From IMG/VR virus record IMGVR_UViG_3300032212_000693, positions 1-35,889 of that record: a stretch of 35,889 nucleotides of DNA; one strand, written 5' to 3'. The notes beneath the pieces are model-generated. The model made no database searches. It worked only from the letters and a program-made list of their open reading frames with translations, and was not told the DNA's origin. Every line of letters begins with the position of its first letter. Position 1 is the stretch's first letter. Shown piece by piece: positions 8,638 through 18,402 of this stretch. This DNA comes from a virus. Taxonomy: Duplodnaviria; Caudoviricetes. The position numbers and the translations under genes are program-made.

Positions 8638-9168
8638 TTATAGGCGTGCAGTAATAAAGTCGCTTGAGTTGTCAAAACATGCACCGCGTAAATTAATTTT
8701 TAAATTTGCTATTGTTGTCCATTGATAACGGCGACAAGTTCTACCGTATTTTTCTATAATAATATCCAAAAGTTCGGGCTGAGTAGCTATGGTGTTTTCA
8801 GTAATGACAAGATGAACTATGTCCCAGTCTGTTAGTGGCAATCGTTCCTCTACTTCTAAGTACCCAAGTTCCATACGTTCCCAAATACGTTTAAAACCGG
8901 CAACGCTGCCCGCATCCCGTGCATTTTGATAAGCATGTTTTACTCTATTTCTATATAACCATTCAGGTTCACTGTTAAACCGGTCTATATCCCGTTCCCA
9001 TGCAACCAGGTTAACTATGGTTATGTGTGCCAGGTCTATATCAAATTGATCTAGCGTGAAATCTAGAATACTTTTGGCGTATAAGTACCAAGCATTTAAA
9101 AAAGAGGCGTATTTTTTTAAATTTCCAGCATTCAACCAAAAAGGTAAACTGATGTTTTTATATTCCAC
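8638..9168 (-). CDS. Baseplate/tail protein, P2 gpI-like
   Basis: LPFWLN..LVAWERDIDRF..E...YRNRVKHAY.NA.DAGS..GF..YGRTCRRY. Lies between baseplate J and the fibre. Confidence 0.85.
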   Translation of the reverse strand: MEYKNISLPFWLNAGNLKKYASFLNAWYLYAKSILDFTLDQFDIDLAHITIVNLVAWERDIDRFNSEPEWLYRNRVKHAYQNARDAGSVAGFKRIWERMELGYLEVEERLPLTDWDIVHLVITENTIATQPELLDIIIEKYGRTCRRYQWTTIANLKINLRGACFDNSSDFITARL

Positions 9169-10367
9169 TAGATAACCTCTGATAAGGTAACTGTAAATAA
9201 ATTAAGCCTTGGTATATCAAGGCCGCTTACTATGTCACCCCGGTTAAATTCAACGCTTATTACGTCGCTAAATTCGTCTAAAAGCTCACCGCTTAATTTG
9301 CCCATTGAGAAACGAATAAAAGGCCAAACCTGTGTAACGGTATAGCTAGTATTTTCACGAAACGCACAACGTATCATTTGTTCTATACCCGTTTGTATTG
9401 CGTTTTTTTCAAGTGTGGTCATGCCGGTTGGTATCCATACAGTGGCTGTTAAATCGTAAGGTGTTTCTGGCATTGCTTTAACTTGTATGTCATCACCATG
9501 GCCGTGGTATCCGTTATCACGTATATAGGCATTAACAGAATCAAGGTAACTTTGTGCCGGTGTACCAACATCAAATAAAACATAAGCATCAGCACTGCCC
9601 GCACCACGGGGTGCTAGTGTATGATCAATAAAAATACGTTCAAACTTAAATCCCGTGTGACTAGATATAATTGTTTGGTAAACACTGTTAACGTGGTGAT
9701 CTGACACAGTTGAAAAGTGGCCGCGAATTCGTAGCCTGAAATCGTCGTCTATTTCGTTGTCGGCACCCGGTGTTGTAATCCAGTCACTCTCATTTGTTAC
9801 ACTTGTTACACCTGTTATAGGGTCAGCGAGTACAACAAAGTAATTGCTAGCCAAGTTATAAGCTATACCCGCGTTTTCAGCTTCGACAGGCACCAAAATA
9901 CTAAAATCATTTGATAAAAATGTTTTTTCTTCTGTTGTTTTAACTCTGTAAACCACTCCATTTATTGGCGCTGTACTAATCCATGTGCCTACTGCAATAG
10001 TTAGCTCTATACCTGTAATTTCTCGACTAAACCGAATCAGTCCCTTTGTTTTAGATTCAAGCTTTCGGTCAATACCGTAGGCCCATCCTAGAATATCCAG
10101 AAAAACACCGGTGGCAGTTTTTACAAACTGATTAGGAATAACATTTTTAATAATGTATTCAATTAACCAGAGCACAGGTAAAACAGCAATAGACTTTAGC
10201 CAGCGCCACCATGCGCTTTGTTCTCCAGGGTTTTTAAACACTAGCCCTTCATCTGTTGCCATTTGTTCAAACTTGGCCTTTAAATCAGTTTCAGTAATGG
10301 GGATGCCAGAGTTTTTCATACTATTGGCAAAGTATTTCTGATCATCTGTTAAATTGTCTAAGTTCAT
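9168..10367 (-). CDS. Baseplate J-like protein
   Basis: FVKTATGVFLD, VEAENAGIAYN, PGADNEIDDDFRLRI, APRGAGSADAY. Confidence 0.92.
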   Translation of the reverse strand: MNLDNLTDDQKYFANSMKNSGIPITETDLKAKFEQMATDEGLVFKNPGEQSAWWRWLKSIAVLPVLWLIEYIIKNVIPNQFVKTATGVFLDILGWAYGIDRKLESKTKGLIRFSREITGIELTIAVGTWISTAPINGVVYRVKTTEEKTFLSNDFSILVPVEAENAGIAYNLASNYFVVLADPITGVTSVTNESDWITTPGADNEIDDDFRLRIRGHFSTVSDHHVNSVYQTIISSHTGFKFERIFIDHTLAPRGAGSADAYVLFDVGTPAQSYLDSVNAYIRDNGYHGHGDDIQVKAMPETPYDLTATVWIPTGMTTLEKNAIQTGIEQMIRCAFRENTSYTVTQVWPFIRFSMGKLSGELLDEFSDVISVEFNRGDIVSGLDIPRLNLFTVTLSEVI

Positions 10368-10696
10368 ATACTTGCCTCTATACTAATATCACCGAAATCA
10401 CTAATGGCGGTTATTAAAATATTTCCTATTCCATCTTGATTTACTTCACTGCTACCGGGCTCTATTCTTTCGTCCTGCTCAACTAGCATTTTTAATTTAT
10501 TAAACACTAATGCCTGGTGTTTGTAGCTCCGCTCACTAATCAGGTGTTCAAGTAATCCGCTTTCCCTTATGGCGTGACGTATATCTTGTATAACAACATC
10601 AATATCATAAATAAAAACAGGTTGTGAAAAGCTATCTAGCTCTACATCATCGAGATTGATTTTTATATCAGAAAATATCGGTATCGAATTAGCCAC
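10364..10696 (-). CDS. Baseplate wedge-like protein (DUF2590 type)
   Basis: IQDIRHAIRESGL..LISERS..LVEQDERIEPGS. Follows the tape measure gene. Confidence 0.8.
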   Translation of the reverse strand: MANSIPIFSDIKINLDDVELDSFSQPVFIYDIDVVIQDIRHAIRESGLLEHLISERSYKHQALVFNKLKMLVEQDERIEPGSSEVNQDGIGNILITAISDFGDISIEASI

Positions 10697-12548
10697 CTTG
10701 TAACGCTCCCCAGTTTTCTAAATGTTCAGGGCTCATGCCACCTTCAGCATTTATAGTGACATCACCAAATAAATTACCGCTGTTAGAACTAATTGCGTTT
10801 GCAATTTGTTTTGCAATGCCATCATTATTTTCTACTGCTGTTCTGCTGTTATTAAGGCCCTCAATTTTTGTAACTTCAGAATTTGTAGATTTAATTTCTG
10901 CCTCACCATCAAAACCCAGAAAACCACTTATTTTGTTAAAACCTGTAATCACTTTATCAAGAAAATCATAAATAGCTTGTCCAAAGTTCAATTCAGAAAA
11001 GAAATCACTTATAAACTTCCATGATTTGATTAACATGTTAAACAGGTTAGTGAACCTGTCCCAGGTGTTGCCTATCCACTCAATGATAAAAGCACCGAAG
11101 GATGTATCAGCAAACATTTTGTAGAGTTTCCCCCACCAGTTTGTAAGTAAGGCAATACCCACTATAAGCCCGATAACAGCCAGCACAATTAAACCGATAG
11201 GGTTTGCATACATTGCAATTGATAGCAGCATAAAGCCTGCCCTGAGCGCACCTAAAACAATGTTTAAGCCAATCATTAAACCTTTGAATACAAGCACCAC
11301 TGCACCCCATGCCGCCATTGCCGTTTGGCCTAATCCAAGCATAATAGAAAACAGGCCAGTAGCAGCGCTCATGCCTAAAATACCCAGTGCGAGTAGTCCC
11401 ACGTATCGGGTGATATTGGGAAAAGCCTCTGTCCAGACCGTTAGTTTTTGAAGTCCGGAAGACAGCATTTTTAAAAATTCATTTACGGTTGGCATTAATG
11501 AGGTTCCAAAAGAGATACGTACAGCTTCTGTAACGGCTGTGAATTGTTCCCATGGGTCAACCATTGCCTTTGCCATTGATTCAGCATCTTTCATGCCTGT
11601 AACCTTGCCCAGTTTGTTTATACTGGTGGCTAGTCCATCTGTTTGCCCTATTAACAACTTAATTAAAGAGACCGATTCCTGGCTACCAAATGCCTGTTTT
11701 AAGGCCAGCCCTTCAGCAGCATCGAAGGTATTACCAAACTTACCTTTTAATTTATCTAGAATTTCTAGCATAGGTAACAAGCGGCCCTGGTTATCCGTAA
11801 AACTTAAACCAAGTTTTTCCTGCGCACCGGCGGCCCCGGCTAAAAACTGTTTATATTTAGTACCGGCTTCGCTTCCGCTCATGGTTGCCTGTAGGGTTCC
11901 TAATATTGCCATCTGTTCATTTATGGCAACTCCATTAGCCGTGGCGTCTGCACCAATAGATGTAAAAGCAGCACTCATTTGAGTTCCGTCTGTTTTAAAC
12001 ATTTTTACGGCCAGGGCAGTTTGACCTGTGAGCTGTTCAACCCATTTAGATTTACCCATCGCATTGGCATTAGCTTGGAATATGCCGTACATGGTGCCCA
12101 TATAATTGGTAATGGTGTCAGCATCGGCTTTAGTGCCTTTAGCCAGTACATTAGAAGAATAAGTGAAGGTCGCTAAGTCACCCTTTGCCAGTCCACTTAT
12201 TGCGCTTTGAATGTCATAGCTTGAACTCACAAAATCGCTGGCGCTTTCTCCATATTGCATTGAAAACGCCAGGCTTGATTTCTTTAGTGCTTGCAGTTCG
12301 CTATTAATGACCCCCAGTGATTTAACTTCACCTAGCGATTTATTAATATCATAAACAGGCTGCATAAATGTTTTAATGGCAATACCCGCACCGGCCAAAC
12401 CAAAAGCGCCACCACGGATAGATTCAAAGCCGCTAGAGGCATTTTTTTTCATACCATTAATGGTGTTATTAATGCTCAGTGCAGGCTTGCTGAACATGTC
12501 AGACATGCCTACAGTAAACATTAATTTATCTAAGTAGCCTATACTCAT
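10689..12548 (-). CDS. Tail tape measure protein (TP901 family)
   Basis: 619 aa, Ala/Gly-rich helical, with ANPIGLIVLAV motif. Follows the chaperone genes. Confidence 0.93.
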   Translation of the reverse strand: MSIGYLDKLMFTVGMSDMFSKPALSINNTINGMKKNASSGFESIRGGAFGLAGAGIAIKTFMQPVYDINKSLGEVKSLGVINSELQALKKSSLAFSMQYGESASDFVSSSYDIQSAISGLAKGDLATFTYSSNVLAKGTKADADTITNYMGTMYGIFQANANAMGKSKWVEQLTGQTALAVKMFKTDGTQMSAAFTSIGADATANGVAINEQMAILGTLQATMSGSEAGTKYKQFLAGAAGAQEKLGLSFTDNQGRLLPMLEILDKLKGKFGNTFDAAEGLALKQAFGSQESVSLIKLLIGQTDGLATSINKLGKVTGMKDAESMAKAMVDPWEQFTAVTEAVRISFGTSLMPTVNEFLKMLSSGLQKLTVWTEAFPNITRYVGLLALGILGMSAATGLFSIMLGLGQTAMAAWGAVVLVFKGLMIGLNIVLGALRAGFMLLSIAMYANPIGLIVLAVIGLIVGIALLTNWWGKLYKMFADTSFGAFIIEWIGNTWDRFTNLFNMLIKSWKFISDFFSELNFGQAIYDFLDKVITGFNKISGFLGFDGEAEIKSTNSEVTKIEGLNNSRTAVENNDGIAKQIANAISSNSGNLFGDVTINAEGGMSPEHLENWGALQGG

Positions 12549-12739
12549 TCTTTGCCCTTAAAAGCTTTTGCTACACCGTTTTGAATCGCAGTGGTTAATG
12601 TATGAGTTAAGTCCTGGTATAACCAGGACGCCTCCCCCATGGTTTGGGGGCTTGGGTCTGTGTCGTTAAAAAATAGCCGTGATAAAACGACTAATTGAGA
12701 AAGCGGGTTATCTTTTAACGATTCAGATACCAGATTTAC
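12545..12739 (-). CDS. -1 frameshift extension of the tail assembly chaperone (64 aa, absent from the ORF track)
   Basis: Open -1 frame VNLVSESLKDNPLSQL..IQNGVAKAFKGKE after slippery A-AAA-AAG (12745-12739). Its TGA overlaps the tape-measure ATG. Confidence 0.8.
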   Translation of the reverse strand, partial: VNLVSESLKDNPLSQLVVLSRLFFNDTDPSPQTMGEASWLYQDLTHTLTTAIQNGVAKAFKGKE

Positions 12740-13014
12740 TTTTTTACTTTTGCAGCCAGTGCGGGTTTAAATTCATTACCCACTATTGAGGCAAGCTCCA
12801 CCCCGTAGCCCTGGTCAAACAAAGCAATAAGATCATCCTTTTGATTACTATCAACGGTTGCCATTAAAAAGTTTTCACTGGGTGCTACTTTGTCATTGGG
12901 TAACATTTCATTTTGTAGTGTATTGAAATCCGTGACGCCAACACTAAATTTAAAATCAGTATTGTTTATTTCAATTACAACGTTGGTTTTGTTTTCTGTC
13001 GTTTTTGCTGCCAT
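12736..13014 (-). CDS. Tail assembly chaperone
   Basis: 92 aa with NEMLPNDKVAPSENFL. Sits upstream of the tape measure gene and ends in a slippery heptamer. Confidence 0.85.
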   Translation of the reverse strand: MAAKTTENKTNVVIEINNTDFKFSVGVTDFNTLQNEMLPNDKVAPSENFLMATVDSNQKDDLIALFDQGYGVELASIVGNEFKPALAAKVKK

Positions 13015-13023
13015 TGTTTCTCT

Positions 13024-13290
13024 CTAATGAAAGACTTGTTTTAAGCCTATTAAAATTACGCCAAGTGCACCGGTTACTATTGTTGCAATTAGCGTTCGTT
13101 TCACTAAGGTAGTGACTTGTTCACTGGCTTTTCTTTGTTTCGTTAAAAAGGCCAGATCTCTTTGTACTTCAAGTGGGTTCTCAACATTAATGCCAAATCT
13201 TACTAGTGCCGCTTCAATACCTTTTTCAGAGCCTTTTTTAGATGCCTGTGTAATTTGCTCTATCATTTTAGGTGTTAACGGTTCATTCAT
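13024..13290 (-). CDS. Small protein with C-terminal TM helix in the lysis cassette
   Basis: 88 aa with hydrophobic LIATIVTGALGVILIGL. Overlaps the holin stop. Confidence 0.6.
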   Translation of the reverse strand: MNEPLTPKMIEQITQASKKGSEKGIEAALVRFGINVENPLEVQRDLAFLTKQRKASEQVTTLVKRTLIATIVTGALGVILIGLKQVFH

Positions 13291-13724
13291 TTTGTTAAGT
13301 CCTTAGCTTTTTCAATGGTGCGTAACGTCGCCATTCCAAGCATTGCAAGAACTAATTCAAAAAGCGAATTAGCATTAACAGGGTAAGGCGGTATCTCTGT
13401 CCACCCTAATGTATGAATAGTCATAACCCAAACAATCGTACCCAAAATGAACTGAGGCACAAAGTAAGTGAATAATGCAGCAGCACACACCCAGCCAATG
13501 GCAGGGCGCCAGCCAGCAACAAAAACGCTTCTGTGTGTGGCCTCAATTTTATTGAGTTCAACTTGTAAGGCGGCTGGTTGTTGTTTTAATTTTTCAAATA
13601 ACAGCTTTGCCTGGTTGCGTTCATCATCACTGGTAAATAAATTGTCCAGGGCATTACCAGCAGCTTCAACTGTATTACTGCCATTTCCACCAAATAAGCC
13701 ACCAAAAAAACTAGTTATTGACAT
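13287..13724 (-). CDS. Holin, 3TM/GTA-type
   Basis: LFTSDDER..NKIEA.H.SVFVAGWRPAIGWVC..MLGM..LRT.EK. ATG 13724 has a GGAG RBS. Confidence 0.85.
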   Translation of the reverse strand: MSITSFFGGLFGGNGSNTVEAAGNALDNLFTSDDERNQAKLLFEKLKQQPAALQVELNKIEATHRSVFVAGWRPAIGWVCAAALFTYFVPQFILGTIVWVMTIHTLGWTEIPPYPVNANSLFELVLAMLGMATLRTIEKAKDLTK

Positions 13725-14178
13725 GTTGATCACTCCAAACATATTTTAAATAATCGTTTAAGTATTTTTCAGGTGTTGCTTTGCCTGCGTTTGTATTCCA
13801 GTATTTTTTGGCATACCTGGCTAATGCATCAAAGTCGTTAGCATCTGGTAATGGTTCAGGAATAGTTAACAAATAAACACGGGCCATAGCCGCAGCAAAT
13901 TCAGTATCAATTAACATGCGTTCAAAAATCATAGCGCGGTTAATACGTTCATATTTTCCGGTTCGTTTCAAATAGCCAATGATAAAATCAAAGGTAGCTG
14001 GTTCCATTTGAAACAAACCAATGGCAGGGCCACGCACTTGCTTGCAGTAAGTAAAGCCACCACTCTCATGGGCTGCAATCATCAGTAATAAACGCACAGA
14101 ACTTTCATCACCTGGTAAGTCAAAACGGACTAATGCACGCTCAATGGATGTGCGTACTGTTAAGGCTAATTTTTTCAT
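13711..14178 (-). CDS. Endolysin, lysozyme/transglycosylase-like fold
   Basis: AAHES (putative catalytic Glu), GPAIGLFQMEPAT and YAKKYWNT. Adjacent to the holin. Confidence 0.75.
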   Translation of the reverse strand: MKKLALTVRTSIERALVRFDLPGDESSVRLLLMIAAHESGGFTYCKQVRGPAIGLFQMEPATFDFIIGYLKRTGKYERINRAMIFERMLIDTEFAAAMARVYLLTIPEPLPDANDFDALARYAKKYWNTNAGKATPEKYLNDYLKYVWSDQHVNN

Positions 14179-14223
14179 TATGTTTCCCAGTTGTTAATTA
14201 AAAGTAAATTTAATATTGAATAA

Positions 14224-14682
14224 TTAAATTAAGCTAAAGTCAGTGCTATCGGCGTAAGGCGTCCCATTAATCCACACAAAATCAGAACTGGTTACATCAT
14301 AAGGAATTTTCACGGTGCTTTTATCTGTTGAGTTCGGGTTAATACTCAAAACACTAGATATACGTAACTTACAGCCGTGCGCCCTAACATGCATAAGTTC
14401 TTCACCTTGTGCGCCTTCTCCCTGTGCATAGGCATCAATTGGGAAAACTGGTATTCTGTCCCATGAGCCGGAGGCCCTTGCAACAGCACTCAAACGGTTA
14501 AAGTTCGCCATGTCCATTTCAACCTCACCACTGGCTTTTTTCTCTCCCTGTAGTGAGCCATTAGGTAAGCCATGATCCATAGCGGGTGTGCTTGAATCAT
14601 CAATATCTAAACTGAAGTTTTCAAAGTGAATTTTTGTATATAAAAAACGAACATCAAATGACTTGCCATTAATACGGTTCAT
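14224..14682 (-). CDS. Tail tube protein (DUF2597 type)
   Basis: RINGKSFD..GCKLRISSVL..VTSSDFVWINGTPY. Follows the sheath gene. Confidence 0.88.
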   Translation of the reverse strand: MNRINGKSFDVRFLYTKIHFENFSLDIDDSSTPAMDHGLPNGSLQGEKKASGEVEMDMANFNRLSAVARASGSWDRIPVFPIDAYAQGEGAQGEELMHVRAHGCKLRISSVLSINPNSTDKSTVKIPYDVTSSDFVWINGTPYADSTDFSLI

Positions 14683-14694
14683 CTGTTTTTACTC

Positions 14695-15825
14695 CTAAGC
14701 TATGCGGCCTAAATCAAGGCTGATATGTGCGGTAATTTTTTTGGGGCTATCAAGTGGAGCGGCCAACATAAATAATTCAACCTCTGTTGTACTCAACCAG
14801 CTAATAACTATGTCACCGTCTTGAGGTGGTTTAACTAGCCCTGGCTTTGGCACCCCATTTATATTGCTGGCTTTTGATGCATCAAAAATGGGCTGCATAA
14901 AATAACCTTCATGGTATGCCACGCTATCAGGCGCACTGTTTAAGCTACGATCTGCAATTTTTAAAATGGCAAGTACACGAATACGGCGCGTTAAATAGTC
15001 AATAACGCGCGTATTTTCAAACACCTGAAAGTCTCCACCCGCAATATCTAAACTGACGTGATCAGCCCAGTAAGTGCCATCAATGCCGGTGTATGTTTGA
15101 GGCACAGAAAAACGGTTATCAGCCAGGTCTGTTAAATGCGCCATTGAGAGCGTGACCCCATCTACATCAACAGGGTCAACACCAAGGCCAACAACGGCAC
15201 CACTGGCAACACGCATAGGGCTATCACCCAGGCTATATGAATCGTTAATTAAACGGCCCACAACAACGCCCAGATTGTTTCCATGTAATTGCGGTACAAG
15301 GTGCACACGGTTAGCGGCTTTGTTCGTTTGAAGTGCTTTAGTTGTTGTTAGATAGTTAGCCCAGGTCAAAGCGCCAGTAATGCCAGTAACAGCAGCATGA
15401 ATGGTTATGTATTTTGCAAAGACGTTTTGAGCAGCAACACAAGAAGCCTGGTATAAGTCAACATCAGCCGAGCTCGCCATAGCCGTTGTAAGCACTACCA
15501 TTTCAACATCAATATCATTGGGCTGGTCAAGTGCAAACTCTATTGCTGTGTCCCATGTGTACAGGCCAAGTGCCGCTAAAATAGGGATTACATAACCTGT
15601 AAAGTTTGGCCCTGCATTAAGTCGAGCCGCTTCAATGTTAAGTTTTAGCTCGCTATCTTCAGGGCCTAAAATTATATCGAGGTCAGTTTCTTGATTAATT
15701 GCGTGTATCTGATCGGCAAGGGCAGTAGCACCGCCAATACCAATAAATAAAACTTTGCGTTCAATCTCTGTGATTGAGCCCCCAGTACCTTTGTCTTGTG
15801 AAATTATTACTTTACCTATTGGCAT
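14695..15825 (-). CDS. Tail sheath protein (DUF2586 type)
   Basis: EIERKVLFIG..GDSPMRVASG..RFSVPQTY..GTYWAD..GGDFQVFEN..PKKITAHISLD. Confidence 0.9.
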   Translation of the reverse strand: MPIGKVIISQDKGTGGSITEIERKVLFIGIGGATALADQIHAINQETDLDIILGPEDSELKLNIEAARLNAGPNFTGYVIPILAALGLYTWDTAIEFALDQPNDIDVEMVVLTTAMASSADVDLYQASCVAAQNVFAKYITIHAAVTGITGALTWANYLTTTKALQTNKAANRVHLVPQLHGNNLGVVVGRLINDSYSLGDSPMRVASGAVVGLGVDPVDVDGVTLSMAHLTDLADNRFSVPQTYTGIDGTYWADHVSLDIAGGDFQVFENTRVIDYLTRRIRVLAILKIADRSLNSAPDSVAYHEGYFMQPIFDASKASNINGVPKPGLVKPPQDGDIVISWLSTTEVELFMLAAPLDSPKKITAHISLDLGRIA

Positions 15826-15840
15826 TGTTTTTTCCTCTTT

Positions 15841-16527
15841 TTAACGAGCGTTTTTAGCACCGTTTAAAATTTCATTTAATAATTCATTACCTAAACTGCT
15901 ACCGCGTTCGGCGGTTAATCCGAAAAACGGCCTGGCTTCATTTTTAACAAGCCAGTTTTGTTTGGCGTTATTATCAGTTAAAAGTCTTAAAACTAAACCG
16001 GCTTGCCCTAATGTCATGTTTTCACGTATCCATGCTTGAGACACACGGCGCGTTTTTGTGTTGCCTTTATTTTTACCGCTTTTATATTTGCCTTTGTTTA
16101 ATCTAAAACCCACCTTAATTAATGCTTTAGCCTGGTAGATCGTGGCCGGTGCTGAGTAGTCAGGCTGGCCGCGCTCTTTTTTCATTCTGGTTGCAGTATA
16201 TTTATCCTCGAATCCTTCTTGCTGTGCCCTTGCGACCTTACCCACTAAAGAATTGGGCCAGGTAACCGTGGCTTTGTTAGGGCCTGCATACACTTTTAAA
16301 TTGCTGCCTCTGGCAATGCGTCTTAACATCTTTGTTCGTTTGCCATCTTTACGAGCTGCAAAGCGTTTACCATTTACCGTTTTTTGTTGCTTAATGTTTT
16401 GCCGTGCCGTTTTTATGACTTCGCGGCCAATTCTACGGTGGAATAGTTTTTTATCTTTGTTCGATAAATTAAGCGCTCTTACCTGGCGAATTAATTTTTT
16501 ACTATCTTGTGGTTTAATTGTTAACAT
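15841..16527 (-). CDS. Virion morphogenesis protein, P2 gpS-like
   Basis: Basic protein with QKTVNGKRFAARK and ARPFFG. Synteny. Confidence 0.8.
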   Translation of the reverse strand: MLTIKPQDSKKLIRQVRALNLSNKDKKLFHRRIGREVIKTARQNIKQQKTVNGKRFAARKDGKRTKMLRRIARGSNLKVYAGPNKATVTWPNSLVGKVARAQQEGFEDKYTATRMKKERGQPDYSAPATIYQAKALIKVGFRLNKGKYKSGKNKGNTKTRRVSQAWIRENMTLGQAGLVLRLLTDNNAKQNWLVKNEARPFFGLTAERGSSLGNELLNEILNGAKNAR

Positions 16528-16981
16528 GTAAGCCCGCTAAGCTTTCAGCCACATTTAATACGCCATTACCAAGGCCCCACATTTTCCCGTTCATAGATAT
16601 TGGGCTGCTGTAACCCGTGTCAACTGGCACTAAATAAACTGGGTCACGAACACCAAAATTAATTTCAATGTCTATGCTTTTTTCAAGGTCATTGGTTTCG
16701 TATTCAAACCTAATTTCGTCTAGTTCATCACGGTCATAAATATTATTAACAAATTGCAAAGTTAATAACGATAATAACGCCAATGATTCGGCGGGCATTT
16801 CTTCAATTTCAAGTGTGAGGCGATATTCAAAATCTAAATAATGCAAACCAAGCTCATTTTCTTTATTACTGCCGGGTTTAATTTCTCCATTCTCTGCAAA
16901 TATTTCAATTTGGTTTTTACTGATATTCAGTAAATCTAAATTAGCAATAATTAACGCTTTGTAATCTTGCAGTGTTTTCAT
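16514..16981 (-). CDS. Tail completion protein, P2 gpR-like
   Basis: Acidic 155-aa protein between the head completion and gpS-like genes. Confidence 0.65.
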   Translation of the reverse strand: MKTLQDYKALIIANLDLLNISKNQIEIFAENGEIKPGSNKENELGLHYLDFEYRLTLEIEEMPAESLALLSLLTLQFVNNIYDRDELDEIRFEYETNDLEKSIDIEINFGVRDPVYLVPVDTGYSSPISMNGKMWGLGNGVLNVAESLAGLHVNN

Positions 16982-17448
16982 ATCAGCTCTACGCCAATCG
17001 TTAATTCATCCATGACCTTTGCAATGGCTTTACTTGACATTTTCGCGTAATGGTCGCTTAAGTTGTCGCTGGTTCTTGCGTTGCTTTCGGCTTCATCTTT
17101 ACGAGACACACTAATGTTATTTTTAATCAGTTCTGACTTAGCCATTGAATAAATGGCACGTTTATACTGAGTTACTTTTGCGCTTATTCCATTTAATGAT
17201 TTAGCCGGTACAGCAGCAATATTTGTATAGCCTGCTGATGCCTGACTGTTAACCCAGTCTTGTAGTGTTTGGTTTACGTCATCCATAGCAGGCAGTAATA
17301 AATTAATTAAATACGCATCAGTAAAAGACAATGGTATTTGCCAGTTTTCAGAAAATTCTCTTAAGTTAACATCAACAAACCACGGGGCATTAACTATGGG
17401 TGTATCTGGTCTTAATGTTTCAGTGTCAGGTGTAAAGCCGTAACTCAT
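16978..17448 (-). CDS. Head completion/stabilisation protein, P2 gpL-like
   Basis: IVNAPWFVDV..YKRAIYSMAK..GVELI. Synteny. Confidence 0.88.
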   Translation of the reverse strand: MSYGFTPDTETLRPDTPIVNAPWFVDVNLREFSENWQIPLSFTDAYLINLLLPAMDDVNQTLQDWVNSQASAGYTNIAAVPAKSLNGISAKVTQYKRAIYSMAKSELIKNNISVSRKDEAESNARTSDNLSDHYAKMSSKAIAKVMDELTIGVELI

Positions 17449-17547
17449 AATCTATGCCTTAAAAAGTGGGCTTAGCTTTAGGTGCATTTAATTGCCACGC
17501 ATCTAAATACAATCACCAAAGCGGCCCACTAGCGGTTGGGACTCGGT

Positions 17548-18297
17548 TTACTCTGTATCTGGCTTAGGCTCAGACGGTTGAGTGCTATCACCAGGTGCAG
17601 GCAAAGACTCAGCAATAATTTTTCTGGCTTTATCCAGTTTTGTAGTGACTTGTGCTTTTCGTTGTGGTGTCTCAAGGCCAATAGCATTTTCAAAGTAAGA
17701 AATTGCGTCTTGAAATTGATCATTATCAAAAGCAACTAACCCCGCCATTTTCTGGTATTTCATTTTCACAACATCAGGCACTTGCCAAGTATCCAGACTT
17801 ACAAACACCTGATTAAAATAGGGTTCTATGCTGTTGCCTAATTTATGCTCTTTTTCTGCCCAGGCTAAAACCGAATCAGCAATAAAAGTGGCCAGGTTAC
17901 TTTTAAAATGGCCAGGCATGGCCTGGCTTTGTGAAATTGCGACTTTAGCCAGCTCTAATGCTGAACCTATTCGACATAGATCAATCAGCCAGATAATCAT
18001 ATAAACCAATACAGGGTTTGCATATACCTGGTTACTTTCAATGTAGGCGTCAACATGGCCTTTGTAACGTGGTATAAGTACATCTTTTCGCTGTTTATCG
18101 CGTTCATCTTTTGGCAGGGCAGACAGTGCTTTTACATCAGTTTCAAGGCTAGCTTTGGTTACTTCAAAAGCAGAATAATTATCAACACTGTCATCAGCCG
18201 CTTTAATATCACCGCTGTCTAGTCTTTTTTGCTGGTTTACTTTTTCCTGTTCATCACGAACACGTTTCATATGTTGTTGCATTGGTGTTAAAGACAT
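17548..18297 (-). CDS. Terminase small subunit, P2 gpM-like
   Basis: MSLTPMQQH..LIPRY..MIIWLID..AI..SQAMP..F. ATG 18297 has an AAGGA RBS. Confidence 0.88.
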   Translation of the reverse strand: MSLTPMQQHMKRVRDEQEKVNQQKRLDSGDIKAADDSVDNYSAFEVTKASLETDVKALSALPKDERDKQRKDVLIPRYKGHVDAYIESNQVYANPVLVYMIIWLIDLCRIGSALELAKVAISQSQAMPGHFKSNLATFIADSVLAWAEKEHKLGNSIEPYFNQVFVSLDTWQVPDVVKMKYQKMAGLVAFDNDQFQDAISYFENAIGLETPQRKAQVTTKLDKARKIIAESLPAPGDSTQPSEPKPDTE

Positions 18298-18320
18298 TGT
18301 TTTTTCCTTTCTGATTAGTT

Positions 18321-18382
18321 TTTTAAATAAAAACCCGCACACCGATTTTTATTTAAAATTACGCGCCCAAATACTGAGCGCG
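18321..18382 (-). terminator. Tandem hairpins after the major capsid gene (attenuator or mRNA stabiliser)
   Basis: GC stem CGCGCTCA/TGGGCGCG (18362-18382) and a perfect 13-bp inverted repeat TTTTAAATAAAAA (18321-18333 and 18346-18358). Confidence 0.5.
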
Positions 18383-18402
18383 ACATTATTGGTAAAGTTT
18401 CG

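Noticed and set aside
12611-12650. Hairpins as frameshift stimulators
   Set aside because: They lie about 90-130 nt downstream of the slippery site, too far for a typical stimulator.
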